Of a DNA stretch of 64,000 bases, positions 1 through 9,657 are shown one piece after another. The stretch comes from a virus. The DNA lies in IMG/VR virus record IMGVR_UViG_3300037258_000161, positions 32,001 through 96,000 of that record; one strand, given 5' to 3'. A program made the translations under genes and the position numbers. The notes below the pieces were generated by a model. It was not told the DNA's origin. It did not search any database and was given only the letters and a program-made list of their open reading frames with translations. Positions within the stretch are counted from its first letter, which is position 1; the number at the start of each line of letters is the position of its first letter.

Positions 1-2
1 TG

Positions 3-1397
3 GTCGGCCGCCGCGGCCTGGGTCAATGAGCCAGCGGCAGCCGACCCGCTGAGGGCCTTGATGTCGCTGGCGGTAGTGTCCACCTGCAGCGGCAGCGTCC
101 ACGAGGCGTGCGTCGAGTCGGTGGCGATGGGCACCCGCCCGCTGGCCACGGTTCCCGAGACCGCCACGGCTCCGATGTTGGACGTGAACGGGTGGATGTG
201 GTCGGCAGGTGACGCCTGCGTGCTCACGCCCGGGGAGGCGGCACCGAGCGCGGCCGGGTTGTCGACCGAGTCGATCGCCAGCGTGTCCGCCGTCTGCCAC
301 GTGGCCGCCGAGGGGCCAGTGCAGATGATCGCCTTGCCAGTGGCCGGCGAGCCGCTGACGGTGACCCCGTTGATGATGCTGGTGGACGGGTGAATGTGCC
401 CGGCGTCCGACGCCTTGCCCACCGAGCCAGGGGCGGCAGTGCCGAGGGCCAGCGGGTTGTCGGTGCTGTCGATCAGCAGGCCGCCGCCCGCGTAGAACGC
501 CCACACGATCGCCGTCGTGCCGATCGTGAACGGCCCCGCCGAGGCGACAAACCAGCCCGTGTCGGTGCCCGCCGTCCCGGCTTCGACCAGGGCGAACGCG
601 CCCGGCACCTGGGAGCCGGTACTCATGTCACTGGCGCGGGTGAGGATGTAGGGCAGCGAGCCCGAGCCGGCCTGGGTGGTCACGTAGATCCCGTTATGGG
701 ACTGGGTAACCTCGTTCTTGACCAGCACCCGGTCACCAGCGGAGACGCTGACGCCGTCCACGGTCAGCGCGGCGTTCGCCGTGGCGGTGAGCACCCCGGA
801 GGCGTAGGTGTTGCCAGCCAGTGCCGCAGCGGTCGCCAGACGGACCGCAGGCTTCGCGTCCAGCCCCGCCGACGCCGTGTCCACGTAACCCTTGGTGGCC
901 ACTTCCAGGGCCGTCTGGGGCGACTCGGAGGCGTACAGGGGGCCTGTCATCGTCCCGCCGGCGAGCGGGACTGCTCCCACCTCGGATGCGGTCAGCACCA
1001 CAGCGCCGGTCTGCCCGTTGATGCTGTAGACCGCAGTCCCGGAAGGGGTGGCGAACGGTGGCGACGGGGCGACTGTGGATAGCTGCACCGAGGCGCCGAG
1101 CGAGGAAGGCAGCAGAACCGTGAACGGGTAGCTGTCCATCCCCTGCACGTCGATCATGACCCTGTAGGCCCATTGCCCTGCGGGGCTCAGCCCGGAGTTG
1201 TCAGTGCAGGGGAGCGTGAGCGTGAAGGTGCCTGTGGCCTGATTCACCGGAACGGTGACCGGCTGGATCGGGAAGACCACATTGCCGTCGGCCAGGCGGC
1301 AGGTGGCAGTGAAGGACACGCTCCCGCCAAGCGGGTTCCCGGTGATATCCGAATAGGCGTCGGTCACCGTGATCGTGGTGAGGCCACCAGGCAGCAT
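3..1397 (-). CDS. Tail fibre protein with HxH repeats, truncated by the window edge
   Basis: Not in ORF track; hand-translated from ATG 1397 (RBS GAGGAGG): MLPGGLTTITVTDAYSDITGNPLGG...GDRVLVKNEVTQSHNGIYV...DAGHIHP repeats; frame open to position 3. Confidence 0.85.
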   Translation of the reverse strand, partial: MLPGGLTTITVTDAYSDITGNPLGGSVSFTATCRLADGNVVFPIQPVTVPVNQATGTFTLTLPCTDNSGLSPAGQWAYRVMIDVQGMDSYPFTVLLPSSLGASVQLSTVAPSPPFATPSGTAVYSINGQTGAVVLTASEVGAVPLAGGTMTGPLYASESPQTALEVATKGYVDTASAGLDAKPAVRLATAAALAGNTYASGVLTATANAALTVDGVSVSAGDRVLVKNEVTQSHNGIYVTTQAGSGSLPYILTRASDMSTGSQVPGAFALVEAGTAGTDTGWFVASAGPFTIGTTAIVWAFYAGGGLLIDSTDNPLALGTAAPGSVGKASDAGHIHPSTSIINGVTVSGSPATGKAIICTGPSAATWQTADTLAIDSVDNPAALGAASPGVSTQASPADHIHPFTSNIGAVAVSGTVASGRVPIATDSTHASWTLPLQVDTTASDIKALSGSAAAGSLTQAAAAD

Positions 1398-1470
1398 TCC
1401 GGAACCCTCCTCGCAGTGTTCTGGCAAGCGCGGAGTACCGGGGATGGACCCGGTACGGGAGGCGTTCTGG

Positions 1471-2553
1471 CTAGATGGCCTGCACGGTCATGGCCACGGG
1501 GAGCCCCTGGCTTGTGCTGCCGAAGCCGGGAGAGGTTCCGGACTGCCCGATCGCATTGACGGTCAGCGTTCCGGCGCTCGCGATGGCGAACATGAGGTCC
1601 AGGTTGTAGCTCGTACCGGCGGTCAGGCCGGTGACGATGAATTCGAGCGACTGCGGCAGGTTCACTCCGGTCGCCGGCAGGCTGAACGCCGGGGTTTTGC
1701 CGACCATCGGCGTGACGGTCCCATGGGCCGCCAGGCCGAACGCGACGGCATCCGCAGCGCTGACCTGCGCGGAGAAGGCCGCAGTCACGACGACGCTGCC
1801 GGATGGCGGGGCGGCGAAGGAACCCGTGTTCACGTTGGCACTGGACACCGCGGCAAAGGTTGCCGAGGTGGTGGTGAGCGACGCCTGGGCCCCTGGCGCG
1901 TACTGGGTGGGCGTGCAGAGGTACTGGCCGGAGACGACGCCCCACGCCGGGGCGGCGCTGACGGTGCCGTTGCCGGTCTGGGTGAACACCTTGACCTGGG
2001 CGGTCGTGTTCCCTGCCAGCCGGGCGCTCGCGTTCGCCCCGGAACCGTAGGTGATGTCACCGAGGGTCGTATTGGGCGAGAGCGCGTTGAAGGCCGCCGA
2101 TGCGGTCCCCGCGCCGGTGCCGCCCTGGGTGACAGGAACGTGGCCGCTGCTGTTGAGGCCGGCGACTCCGGACGGCTGCCCGATATTGGCCGTGGGCACA
2201 TACGTGGAGGTCTCGGGTGCGTCAGTGATGGTCTCCAGCGTGGAGATGTCCTGCGTGGAGGCGGTCGCGTAGGCCAGCGAGAAGGAGTACGCGGCTGGCG
2301 CGATCCCGGTGATGTACTCCGTGCAGTTCCACACCCATCCCGACGGCAGCAGGTCGCTGTTGTCCGTCGCATACAGCTCGACCGAGAAGGCACCTTCCGT
2401 GCTGAGGGTCGCCGTGATCGGTGACTGGCGGACAATCTCGGAGTCCGTGGCATCGGTCAGCTGGGTGTTCGGGACAAACTTCAGGTAGCCGGCGAGCGGG
2501 GCACCCGTCCCATCCTGGTAGGTGCCCGTCAGGGTCACTTTGTTCAATGCCAC
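1471..2553 (-). CDS. Tail fibre / minor tail protein
   Basis: N-terminal ~105 aa paralogous to 3293-5119; VxxGGTGA fibre motif; Thr/Ser/Gly-rich. Confidence 0.8.
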   Translation of the reverse strand: MALNKVTLTGTYQDGTGAPLAGYLKFVPNTQLTDATDSEIVRQSPITATLSTEGAFSVELYATDNSDLLPSGWVWNCTEYITGIAPAAYSFSLAYATASTQDISTLETITDAPETSTYVPTANIGQPSGVAGLNSSGHVPVTQGGTGAGTASAAFNALSPNTTLGDITYGSGANASARLAGNTTAQVKVFTQTGNGTVSAAPAWGVVSGQYLCTPTQYAPGAQASLTTTSATFAAVSSANVNTGSFAAPPSGSVVVTAAFSAQVSAADAVAFGLAAHGTVTPMVGKTPAFSLPATGVNLPQSLEFIVTGLTAGTSYNLDLMFAIASAGTLTVNAIGQSGTSPGFGSTSQGLPVAMTVQAI

Positions 2554-2609
2554 AATCTGCCTCCGGCCGGGGTGGATGGTGTCAGGAAGGGGCAGCCGGA
2601 AGGCTGCGG

Positions 2610-3293
2610 TCAGGCGGTGAAAGCGAGCAACGCCGAGCCTGCGGTGACGGTGACGGAGCCTGGAGTCAGCGCGAGGGCGATGCCTGCATGGACGGCCTGA
2701 TTGGTGCTTGTGGTCGCCGAGTAACTCACCGTCCCCGCGGACCCGGGGATCTGGTAGTCCGCCACAAGGCCCCCATAGACGCTGCTGACGCGCTGCACCT
2801 CGCCAGCCGCGCTATTCCACGGCGACCCCGCGCCGCTGATGGCCAGAAGCGAGGACGAGTTCCCTGCGAGCATCCCGATCTGCACGGTGCCCGCAGGCGC
2901 GGATGCGGTAGTCCCGGACGCCCAGCTGGTGGTGTTCGGGACGGTCGTGACCAGCGACGACGCGGGCGTTACCGACAGCGCCGGCGCGTTGCCCATGCCG
3001 GAGAACTCGAAGGCGAAGATGTTCTGGATTGTCGCGTCCGAAGCGGTGAAGGCAACGTTGCTGGCACTCCCGTTGCAGTCCGGGTCCAGCCACACCGCGA
3101 TGACCTGGCCGCCCCCTGAGACGGTGATCAGCGACGACCAGTTGTCGTTGGATCCACCGAGGGTGACCTTCGACACCGACGACGCCCCATAGGCCTGCAC
3201 GCAGGCGATGAGGCAGTTCCCGGCTGCCGCATTTGATCCAAGAGTGGTGCTGCTGCCGGCACCGCTCGAGGACTGGACGAAGGCAGCAGTCAT
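2610..3293 (-). CDS. Minor tail protein, beta-rich
   Basis: ATG at 3293 overlaps the upstream TAA (TAATG); MTAAFVQSSSG...; tail context. Confidence 0.7.
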   Translation of the reverse strand: MTAAFVQSSSGAGSSTTLGSNAAAGNCLIACVQAYGASSVSKVTLGGSNDNWSSLITVSGGGQVIAVWLDPDCNGSASNVAFTASDATIQNIFAFEFSGMGNAPALSVTPASSLVTTVPNTTSWASGTTASAPAGTVQIGMLAGNSSSLLAISGAGSPWNSAAGEVQRVSSVYGGLVADYQIPGSAGTVSYSATTSTNQAVHAGIALALTPGSVTVTAGSALLAFTA

Positions 3294-5119
3294 TAGAAGC
3301 CCAGCGAGGATCCGGCAAAAATCCATTTGCCTTTGCTGGAGGAGTAGATGAAGCCGAGGATGTCCCTCGCACTGGCCGTCGCCGTCAGGGACGGTGCCCC
3401 GGCCGTGCCGAAGATGTAGGCGGAACTGAAGGCGACCGTCCGGCCCCCAGTGCCGTCCTGGATGATCTCGAACGTGATCTTCTGGCCGTCCGTGAGGTTG
3501 GTCGGCGTCCCCATCGTCGCGGTACTGGCCGTGAGGGTGAGCCGGAAGTGGTTTCCCTGGCTGGCGTCCACGCTGACCGTCGTGGCGTAGGTAAGCACGA
3601 ACACCCCGGCAGTGAGGGCCTTCGTGGTGGAAACCACGCCAGTGAAGGCAGCTCCTGCCAGGAGGGCCAGGCCCGTATAGGGATGCACGTGCCCGGCGTC
3701 AGCGGGCGTCCCGACCGACCCGGCCGCGGCCGATGAGGCCAGCGCCTGGATGTCTGAGGCCGTGGCATCCGTCAGCGCCGACCATGACGCCGCCGAGCTG
3801 CTCGTGCAGACGATGATCTTGCCGCTGGCAGGCGTCCCAGAGACTGTTACGCCGTTGATCACCGACGTCGTGGGGTGGATGTGGCCGGCATCCGCCGCGA
3901 GCCCGGTAGATCCCGCAGCGCGTGAGCCCAGTGGCTGGATGTCCGTGGCCGTGGAGTCGAGGATGGTGCCCCACGCCGCCGCAGACGAACTGGAGCAGAC
4001 GATCAGCTTCCCCGCAGCTGCAGTCCCCGAGACGGTGACCCCGTTGATGATGCTGGTGGACGGGTGGACATGGTCTGCTGGTGACGCCTGCCCGCTGACG
4101 CCAGGCGATGCGGAACCGAGCGCAGCCGGGTTGTCGCTCGTATCCAGGGTCACGCCCGCAGCGGGAGTGGACCAGGTCGCAGCACTCCCGGACGTGCAGA
4201 CGATCGACTTGCCTGAGGAAGGCGAGCCGGAGACGGTGACCCCGTTGATGATGCTCGTCGCCGGGTGGACGTGGTCGGCCCGCGCGGCCTGCGTGTTCGT
4301 GCCCGCCGCCTGGGTCCCGAGTGCGGCGATGTCGCCGCTCGTGCTGTCGAGCGTGACCCCGGATCCGGACGGCTGCCAGGACGCCTGCCCGGTGCCGTTC
4401 GAGGTGAGAATGTCCCCTGAGGCAGCCCCGTGGGTGATCTGCAGGGGAGAAGTCCCGCTGAGGATCAGGGTGCCGGGGATAGTGCCGCCCGCCAGCGGCA
4501 GAAGCACTGCTTCTGCCGCCTCCGCGCGGGTCGTCTCGGCGTCCACGTACTGCTTCGGCGCGGCCTGCAGGCTCGCGGACGGATTGGCGGGCAGCACGAT
4601 CGCGCCCGTCATGGTGCCGCCCGTGAGCAGGAGCTTCCCGCTCTCCGCAGCCTCGGCCCGCGTGGTCTCGGCGTCCACGTAGGCCTTGGTCGCGGCCATC
4701 AGGGACGTCGTGGGGGCACCGGCAAGGGTCAGCGGGCCAGTGAGCGTGCCGCCCTCGATCGCGAGGTATTCCGCCACCGGAGGGGCCAGCACGACAGCGT
4801 CCAGGCTGGAGATGTCCTGCGTGTCCCCGTCCGCGGAAGGCAGGAAGAAGCTCCATGTCCGGGGGGCGATCCCGGTGATGACTTCCTTGACGGTCCAGAC
4901 CCAGCCCTCAGGGGCGAGATTGGCATCATCCGTCGCGATCAGCGGCACCGAGAAGTGCCCGTCGGGGTCCAGCGTGATACTGATCGCCGCCTGGCGCATC
5001 AGCTGCTGGCCTGCCGCGTCCGTGAGCGGCACGTTCGGCACGAACAGGACGTAGCCCGCCAGGGCGTTGCCGAGCCCGTCGATGTACGTGCCGGTGAGGT
5101 TCACGGTGGTCAGCGCCAC
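3293..5119 (-). CDS. Tail fibre protein with four HxH repeats
   Basis: 608 aa; YVDAETTRAEAAE x2; ~60-aa repeats carrying H(V/I)HP; C-terminal IIQDGTGGRTV tip-like domain. Confidence 0.85.
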   Translation of the reverse strand: MALTTVNLTGTYIDGLGNALAGYVLFVPNVPLTDAAGQQLMRQAAISITLDPDGHFSVPLIATDDANLAPEGWVWTVKEVITGIAPRTWSFFLPSADGDTQDISSLDAVVLAPPVAEYLAIEGGTLTGPLTLAGAPTTSLMAATKAYVDAETTRAEAAESGKLLLTGGTMTGAIVLPANPSASLQAAPKQYVDAETTRAEAAEAVLLPLAGGTIPGTLILSGTSPLQITHGAASGDILTSNGTGQASWQPSGSGVTLDSTSGDIAALGTQAAGTNTQAARADHVHPATSIINGVTVSGSPSSGKSIVCTSGSAATWSTPAAGVTLDTSDNPAALGSASPGVSGQASPADHVHPSTSIINGVTVSGTAAAGKLIVCSSSSAAAWGTILDSTATDIQPLGSRAAGSTGLAADAGHIHPTTSVINGVTVSGTPASGKIIVCTSSSAASWSALTDATASDIQALASSAAAGSVGTPADAGHVHPYTGLALLAGAAFTGVVSTTKALTAGVFVLTYATTVSVDASQGNHFRLTLTASTATMGTPTNLTDGQKITFEIIQDGTGGRTVAFSSAYIFGTAGAPSLTATASARDILGFIYSSSKGKWIFAGSSLGF

Positions 5120-5184
5120 GGAGGCCTCCCGGCATCGCTCAGGGCCGCACCGGGCGGCATGGGACAGGGAGGGCCGGCAGACGG

Positions 5185-5496
5185 CTAATCAGGCCACGCG
5201 GTGACGATGCCTGACGCGCGGTACAGGTACGCGCGCTCCGCGCAGCAGGCCGGCTTGTGGTGCCTGGACACCCGCAGGGCGTGCGCGAGGCCGCGGTCGC
5301 TGTTCGGCTCGAACAGCAGCGTCAGGCAGGCGGGGCAGCGGAACTCGACGTACTGGCCGTTGCAGATCAGCCTGCCCTCGCCGTAGGCGGCCGTGACATG
5401 GGCGAAGCCACCCTGCGCCCGGGGCCCGGCGAGCGGGGGGAAATGCTGGCGCTGGCGCCAGAGATCAGCCAGGACCGCGGCGGTCAGGTGCGGCAT
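5185..5496 (-). CDS. Hypothetical protein, possible Zn-binding (CPAC)
   Basis: RBS GGGAGG; co-oriented with tail genes. Confidence 0.55.
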   Translation of the reverse strand: MPHLTAAVLADLWRQRQHFPPLAGPRAQGGFAHVTAAYGEGRLICNGQYVEFRCPACLTLLFEPNSDRGLAHALRVSRHHKPACCAERAYLYRASGIVTAWPD

Positions 5497-5519
5497 GACG
5501 CCTCCCGTCTGGTCATCGC

Positions 5520-6659
5520 CTAGTCCGGGAGCAGCCCTCCCGCGCCACTGCTGCTGCCCGACGAGGTCACGGTGGACGTCGTCGGGAAGATCGCCGCGAG
5601 GAGATCCGAGAACGAGCTCGCGACGGATTGCATAGGAGTGATGGTCGCCGTCTGGGCCGCATCATCGAACTCGTATTCCCCCACGACGAAGGTGACCGGA
5701 GCCGCGGTGACCTCGCCGCCGTACCCCGCATCGGTGAGGATGAGGCGGCACACCCCTCCGGCGTGCTCGGCGCCGAGGTCAACCGGGACACCGCCCGTGT
5801 TCAGGAGCTGCCCCGGGGCGACGGTGAACGGCCCGGCGAAGTTCGCCCGGTTGTACCGCTTGAGCACCGCGTTCCCGTTGGCTTCCACTGCGCCCGCGGT
5901 CATGACGCCATTGCTGCTCAGGTCGTAGAAGTCCTCGGTGGTCCCGTGCGCGGCGATGTCCGCCGCATTGGTGACGTTCACGGTGCCGTAGGTGGCTGCC
6001 GTGGCCGTGGAGGAGGTGTCGTCGGTGATCTGGTAGTACAGGAACAGGCTGTTGATGTCCGCGGCGACCGTCCTGGCCACGGGGATCGTGCAGACGAGCA
6101 GCCGGTTCACCGTCGTCGGCAGCACCCCGATCGACAAGGTGTTGTCGCGGCGGTCGATGCTCCACCCGAGCGCACCCTGGACGGTAATGCCGGACAGGAA
6201 GTCGGAGATCATCTGTGATCCGGAGTCCACCTGGTCACCGAGCCAGAGTCCGGAGACCCCGGAGACCCCGGGGTTGCGCCAGTTCATGCCGCGGGCTATC
6301 GCCTGGTTGATGTGGTCGTCCGGGTCGTCCCAGGTCGTGTAGATATCGCAGAACTGGGTGGCAAAGGCTCCTGAGCCATGGGCGGCCAGGGTCCAGCCGT
6401 CCGTGCCAGGTGCTGGCTCGTCCATGAGGCCGTTCCAGACAACCCCGGTCCCCCGGTAGATCCTGACGATGCGGCCGGGGTTCAGCGCCTCGGTGCGGAA
6501 TGTGGGGGGCACCTGGAGGAGCGCTGACATCTGGTCGCAGCCGCCCGGGTAACTGAACGAAAATTTCAGTCCGGACACATGGCCGATTGCCCCGAGCCAG
6601 CGCGAGTCGCTTCCATCCTGCTTAGTCGTGAGAATTTGCGAGAGATCTCGGCGCTCGAT
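5520..6659 (-). CDS. Minor tail (baseplate hub/Tal-like) protein; start uncertain (ATC 6659 or GTG 6578)
   Basis: Position after the distal tail gene; PGGC...VRIYRG..VVWNG pattern; frame open to 6659 behind a strong RBS. Confidence 0.75.
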   Translation of the reverse strand: MERRDLSQILTTKQDGSDSRWLGAIGHVSGLKFSFSYPGGCDQMSALLQVPPTFRTEALNPGRIVRIYRGTGVVWNGLMDEPAPGTDGWTLAAHGSGAFATQFCDIYTTWDDPDDHINQAIARGMNWRNPGVSGVSGLWLGDQVDSGSQMISDFLSGITVQGALGWSIDRRDNTLSIGVLPTTVNRLLVCTIPVARTVAADINSLFLYYQITDDTSSTATAATYGTVNVTNAADIAAHGTTEDFYDLSSNGVMTAGAVEANGNAVLKRYNRANFAGPFTVAPGQLLNTGGVPVDLGAEHAGGVCRLILTDAGYGGEVTAAPVTFVVGEYEFDDAAQTATITPMQSVASSFSDLLAAIFPTTSTVTSSGSSSGAGGLLPD

Positions 6660-6726
6660 GGCTACACCACTCCTCCCGTTTTACGGAGTGGCTGCGTGCC
6701 CGCTCACGACATCGGAAGCACGTGGC

Positions 6727-7143
6727 CTAGGCCAGGATGTTCCCGGCCGTCAGCCTTCCGATCAGCGCATTCAGCAAGTCCGCCATGTCATTGACCGTCG
6801 TGTTCACGCTATTGAACTCGGCGTTCGTGATGTTGTTGCTCGCCCCGGAACCGCTGATCGTCCCGACCCCGGTGTGCGCCTGGGTCCCGGGCACCGCTGC
6901 CTGCGTGACCGTGCCGAGGTAGCTCTGCTGGGTGTTCCCGCCGAGCCGTGTCCCCAGGTTCGTGAGGTTGGTCGTTTGCGTGGTGATGTTCGTGGTGTTG
7001 GTATTGGTCGCCGTCCAGTGCGCCGCATAGTCGGCGCTGACGCGGTTCTTGGTGTTGTTGGCCTTCCGGCTCGGCACCGACCGGCCGCTCGCCATCGCCA
7101 GTGAGACGAGCCAGATGCCGAGCAGGAACGCGAGTCTGCGCAC
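6727..7143 (-). CDS. Tail-region hypothetical protein with hydrophobic N-terminus
   Basis: RBS GGGAGGAG; Asn/Thr-rich coiled segment. Confidence 0.6.
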   Translation of the reverse strand: MRRLAFLLGIWLVSLAMASGRSVPSRKANNTKNRVSADYAAHWTATNTNTTNITTQTTNLTNLGTRLGGNTQQSYLGTVTQAAVPGTQAHTGVGTISGSGASNNITNAEFNSVNTTVNDMADLLNALIGRLTAGNILA

Positions 7144-7161
7144 TGGGCACTCCTCCCTGAA

Positions 7162-9645
7162 TTAGGACAATCTGTCCAGGAACCAGCGCGGCGAGTAGTA
7201 TGCGGCCAGACTGGGCACGCCGGTCATTGAGTAGCAGAGCAGGGTGTTTGCGTTTCCCGGATCCACCGTCAGGGGTCCTCCGCTGACGAACGAATTCGCC
7301 AGCACGGACACCGCCTGCGACCTGCCGAACGCGCTGCCCATCACCCGGCCGAGATCGCGGTCGCTCGCCGGCTCGTCGACATACATGATCGGGTACTCAG
7401 TGGATGGCAGGTTGACCCAGCAGGTCTGTCCCTGAGTGTCGAGGATCAGGCAGTCCAGGTAGCGCGTGCTGGTGAAGTTGTCGGTCACCGCGACGGCGAA
7501 GCTCGCCGCAGTGTTGTCTGGGGCAATGTCTGCGACGGGGAGGGTAAGTTCCCCGATGGTCACCATGCCGTTGGTCACGTCGGTGGAGGGGGTGAAGGTG
7601 CGGCTGACCTGCGCGGTGATCGAAGGTCCGGAGGCATACTCGTACTGGTAGACGGTGATCGTGACGGTGTGCGCGCTGCTCGCGCTGGCCCACGACGCCG
7701 CGGTCAGCATGAAACTGTATGTGCCGCCAAAGCTAGCACTGATGCCGCTGACCAGCGACGGGACCGGGTAGAGGGTTGAGCCGTTCGGCACGTCCCCGCC
7801 GCTGCCCACGGACAGGAACGGCGTCAGCGAAGCGGGCGAATCGGGGCCGGGCCGGTGGGCCACCAAGGTTGAGAATGGCGTCGGGGACGCGTAGGTGATC
7901 GAGACCTGTCCGGCTGCCCCGTTCCCGCCGGCCTTGGCGGTACCGGAGGACCGCGCCCCACCCCCACCGCCGCCAGGAGCCGACCCGGCGGTGCCGTTGC
8001 CACTGCTGGCGGTCTGGCCGTTCCCGCCCTTGCCGCCACCGGAGACTGCCGCGCCTCCCGTGGCGCCGGAGCCGGGATTCCCGGCCGAGATGGGACCGCC
8101 AGCGCTACCAGCACCACCGCCGTGACTGCTCGCTACCCCGGCCGCGCCCGCGCCACCGCCGGAGTGCTGGGTGTTGAGGCTCCCCGTCCCGCCGGGCCCC
8201 GGGGTGCCGTTAGCGTGCCCAGGCTGGCCCGTGTTCGCCTCGACGAGTACGCCGCCGTCGCCCGTGAAGTAGGAGTTCTGCCCGGCATTCCCGTCGGCGC
8301 CGGAGACTCCTATGCCGCCCGCGCCGACGAAGCCGCCGTAGGGGTTGCCGGGCGTGAAGGGGACCTCGGGCTCAAAAGCCCATTCGGCCCCTCCGGCGCC
8401 TCCGCCTACGGCTCCTGATCCGGTTGCGCCACCACCCGCGGATGTTCCCGCAGTGGTGCCGACAGCGCCCGTGGTCACGCCCGCTGGTGCGTCCCAGGTG
8501 AATGCGCCAGGGGAACTGAAGGTGTCCGTCGCAGTCGCGGACGCCTGCTGGAACTGCAGGCTGATGGGTGCCGGAGCGGTCCCGGTGATCCCAGCCAGCG
8601 AGTAGATCGTGCCCCTGGTCCCGGCTGCTGCGGTCGCGGACACCGGGACGGCCTGCAGGTCGTTCAGGTAGGCGACAACGTTGACGAGCTCGCCATTGGA
8701 ACTGTTCCACAGGGAGATCGAGTAGCTGGTGATGTCGTCGTAGGCGAACGACGGGTTCCCCTGCGGGATGTGCGCGGTGATGTAGGTCCACGCCGGCTTA
8801 GAGATGGAGTCGGAGACCGTGACGGACTTGGTGGTGCCCAGCGACAGGGTGTGGCCGGTGCCGTCATGCAGCGTGATCGCGAAGGTGACCGGCGGGAAGC
8901 CCGAGTAGTAGTAGTAACTTGAGCCGAACCCGGCCCACAGTCCCACGGAGACAAGCCCGGTGATATCCACTCCGGCGGCGGATGCCGAGTAGGACGCCAC
9001 CCCTTCGGACCCGACGTCCTTCCCGCTGCCTCCCGAGCCGGGATTCCAGAACGCCGAGTAACTCCCGGTGATCGCCTGCGTGGATTGCGACCAGTCAGTC
9101 CCCGAGACACTGGAGAAGCTGTCCAGCGTCACTGCGGAGGGGGGAGCCGTGGTGCCGGTGATCGGCGAGGAGAAGCTCAGCTGGTTGGCCGTGTCGGACC
9201 GGCCGTACGGGAGCGCCTGGAAGGCGATCTCGATGCCGTCGGAGAACTGCTGCGCGTCAATCAGGTCATAGGCAGGAGTGGACGGGCTGGCGCGGAAGCA
9301 GTCCAGGATAAGCGGCAGGCCGCCGTCCCGGGTCCACGTCAGCGTCCACGTCTGCTGGTCAATCAGCTCGAGCAAGGTCTCACGGGCACCGGCCAGGGTG
9401 GTCCTGTCCGGAGCCGTGATGGCGACCGGGAGTTTGATCGTCCTGTTTGACGCGCGGGTGCCATAGGGCCGCTCGCCGTTGAGGATCAGGCTCTCGACGA
9501 TGTCCACGACAGGCTGCGGGGCGCCGAGGTCGAACCCGGGCGACAGGGTGAACGTGGCACCGTCACACAGCGGGAGCGAGGACTGGACGCCTGCACCGCC
9601 GCCGAGCAGCTCGATCAGGCCCCCGACAATGAGGCTGTCCGCCAC
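7162..9645 (-). CDS. Distal tail-like minor tail protein with Gly-rich domain
   Basis: Directly follows tape measure; 827 aa; GGGGGG repeats. Confidence 0.8.
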   Translation of the reverse strand: MADSLIVGGLIELLGGGAGVQSSLPLCDGATFTLSPGFDLGAPQPVVDIVESLILNGERPYGTRASNRTIKLPVAITAPDRTTLAGARETLLELIDQQTWTLTWTRDGGLPLILDCFRASPSTPAYDLIDAQQFSDGIEIAFQALPYGRSDTANQLSFSSPITGTTAPPSAVTLDSFSSVSGTDWSQSTQAITGSYSAFWNPGSGGSGKDVGSEGVASYSASAAGVDITGLVSVGLWAGFGSSYYYYSGFPPVTFAITLHDGTGHTLSLGTTKSVTVSDSISKPAWTYITAHIPQGNPSFAYDDITSYSISLWNSSNGELVNVVAYLNDLQAVPVSATAAAGTRGTIYSLAGITGTAPAPISLQFQQASATATDTFSSPGAFTWDAPAGVTTGAVGTTAGTSAGGGATGSGAVGGGAGGAEWAFEPEVPFTPGNPYGGFVGAGGIGVSGADGNAGQNSYFTGDGGVLVEANTGQPGHANGTPGPGGTGSLNTQHSGGGAGAAGVASSHGGGAGSAGGPISAGNPGSGATGGAAVSGGGKGGNGQTASSGNGTAGSAPGGGGGGARSSGTAKAGGNGAAGQVSITYASPTPFSTLVAHRPGPDSPASLTPFLSVGSGGDVPNGSTLYPVPSLVSGISASFGGTYSFMLTAASWASASSAHTVTITVYQYEYASGPSITAQVSRTFTPSTDVTNGMVTIGELTLPVADIAPDNTAASFAVAVTDNFTSTRYLDCLILDTQGQTCWVNLPSTEYPIMYVDEPASDRDLGRVMGSAFGRSQAVSVLANSFVSGGPLTVDPGNANTLLCYSMTGVPSLAAYYSPRWFLDRLS

Positions 9646-9657
9646 GGGCCCTCCGCT

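Noticed and set aside
3-5119. Diversity-generating retroelement or invertible tail-fibre cassette
   Set aside because: No reverse transcriptase or invertase in the window; repeats are direct, coding and show no obvious adenine-specific variation
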